Shown here: positions 63,368 to 64,000 of the stretch, piece by piece | How the letters are laid out: each line of letters opens with the position of its first letter | How positions within the stretch are numbered: the first letter of the stretch is position 1 | Assembly (NCBI GenBank): GCA_020632715.1 | Contig: JACKFA010000007.1 | Span: forward strand, 14,462 to 78,461 | Direction: 5' to 3' | Origin: Deltaproteobacteria bacterium | GTDB lineage: Bacteria > Myxococcota_A > UBA9042 > PHBI01 | Length of the DNA: 64,000 nucleotides | Notes under the pieces: generated by a model | What the model saw: the letters and a program-made list of their open reading frames with translations, nothing else | The model's database searches: none | What the model was told of the DNA's origin: nothing | Position numbers and translations under genes: made by a program

Positions 63368-63613
63368 ATGTTCTGGGGCATCGTGCTCGGTGGCTGCGCA
63401 GTCGCCGCCATCATCGCCTTCCTGAAGGGGCAGAACCCGCTGTTCTGGGGCCTCTCGAGCGTCCCGGGGGCGCTCCTGCTCGGCGTCATCCCGCCCGCGA
63501 AGGGCGGCGCGCTCGGCGAGCAGAAGCGCGCGCGGCGCGAGGTCGGCGACAAGCTCGGCCTGATGACCTCGGGCGTGATGCTGGTCATCATGATCATCTA
63601 CGGGATCCTGTAG
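63368..63613 (+). CDS. Small membrane protein (81 aa, 2-3 TM)
   Basis: GGAGG lies 7 nt upstream of the ATG. High GC3 and hydrophobic segments. Confidence 0.5.
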   Translation: MFWGIVLGGCAVAAIIAFLKGQNPLFWGLSSVPGALLLGVIPPAKGGALGEQKRARREVGDKLGLMTSGVMLVIMIIYGIL

Positions 63614-63717
63614 GCTTTCTGACCGACCACCTTCCCGAGGACGACCTCTTCCGCCCGCGCGGCGGCCGCGACCGCCGCGAGCCGCCCGACGAGGCCGAGA
63701 TCCGCCGCGTCGCCGAG

Positions 63718-64000
63718 ATGTTCGGGAACCGCCTGAAGAAGCGCGCCCGCCACCTCGGGAAGTGGGCGAAGCGCGAGGGCGTCACGTGCTTCCGGGTCTA
63801 CGAGAAGGACATCCCCGAGATCCCCCTCATCGTCGACCGCTACGACCACGCCGTGTGCGTGTCGGAGTTCGCCCGGCGCGACGACAGCCGCGGCGGCGCC
63901 TGGGTCGACGCCATGGCGGCCGCCATCGAGGGCGCCCTCGAGGTCGACAGCGAGGCGATCTACTGGAAGCAGCGCGCGCGCCAGCGCGGGAGCGCCCAAT
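63718..64000 (+). CDS. Partial CDS at the window end: class I SAM-dependent rRNA methyltransferase, RlmK/RlmL C-domain-like
   Basis: MFGNRLKKRARHLGKWAKREGVTCFRVYEKDIPEIPLIVDRYDHAV.. parallels the FANRL..[23 protein letters not shown].. signature. Runs off the window end. Confidence 0.6.
   Translation, partial: MFGNRLKKRARHLGKWAKREGVTCFRVYEKDIPEIPLIVDRYDHAVCVSEFARRDDSRGGAWVDAMAAAIEGALEVDSEAIYWKQRARQRGSAQ

Overview
This is a ~72% GC window that looks myxobacterial (Polyangia/Myxococcia-like): it is full of lipoproteins and proteins carrying Myxococcus-type cysteine-rich repeats. About 45 genes are supportable from recognisable protein motifs. Roughly half of the ORFs in the six-frame track are frame or antisense shadows of those genes and were discarded.

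Main content from 5' to 3':
- MarR regulator, then a secreted VIT+VWA protein.
- A thiol-disulfide operon: VKOR-DsbA fusion, an OmpA-like protein and a TlpA-like thioredoxin lipoprotein.
- A chimeric HExxH + trypsin-like secreted protease, then TPR, NHL and NlpC/P60 proteins.
- A UbiA prenyltransferase, GNAT and D-Ala-D-Ala-ligase-like ATP-grasp trio.
- A putative N-linked protein glycosylation module: a PglB/STT3-type oligosaccharyltransferase with the WWDYGYP...TLVDGSKH signature, a GT4, a GT2, an alpha/beta hydrolase and a WbaP-like initiating sugar transferase.
- A decayed DUF222/HNH-endonuclease element bounded by inverted repeats.
- A copper-flavoured neighbourhood: a PSCyt1-like lipoprotein, a PHM/DBH-like copper monooxygenase, a 1601-aa MopE-motif repeat lipoprotein, a P450 and a sucrase/ferredoxin-like protein.
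- A hybrid histidine kinase, a second large Cys-rich lipoprotein and a STAND NTPase.
- A complete, translationally coupled his operon (hisG-C-B-H-F-A::IE-D) carrying an unusual hisA-hisIE fusion, then the start of an RlmK/L-like RNA methyltransferase.

Non-coding content:
- A 189-bp MITE in two copies, one inserted into a Cys-rich protein gene.
- A second hairpin-repeat family built on (CACGGAG)n.
- A REP-like 43-bp array, an 18-bp perfect palindrome present five times, and several tandem repeats.

No rRNA, tRNA or CRISPR was seen. All calls rest on reading the sequence and translations by eye; no searches were run.
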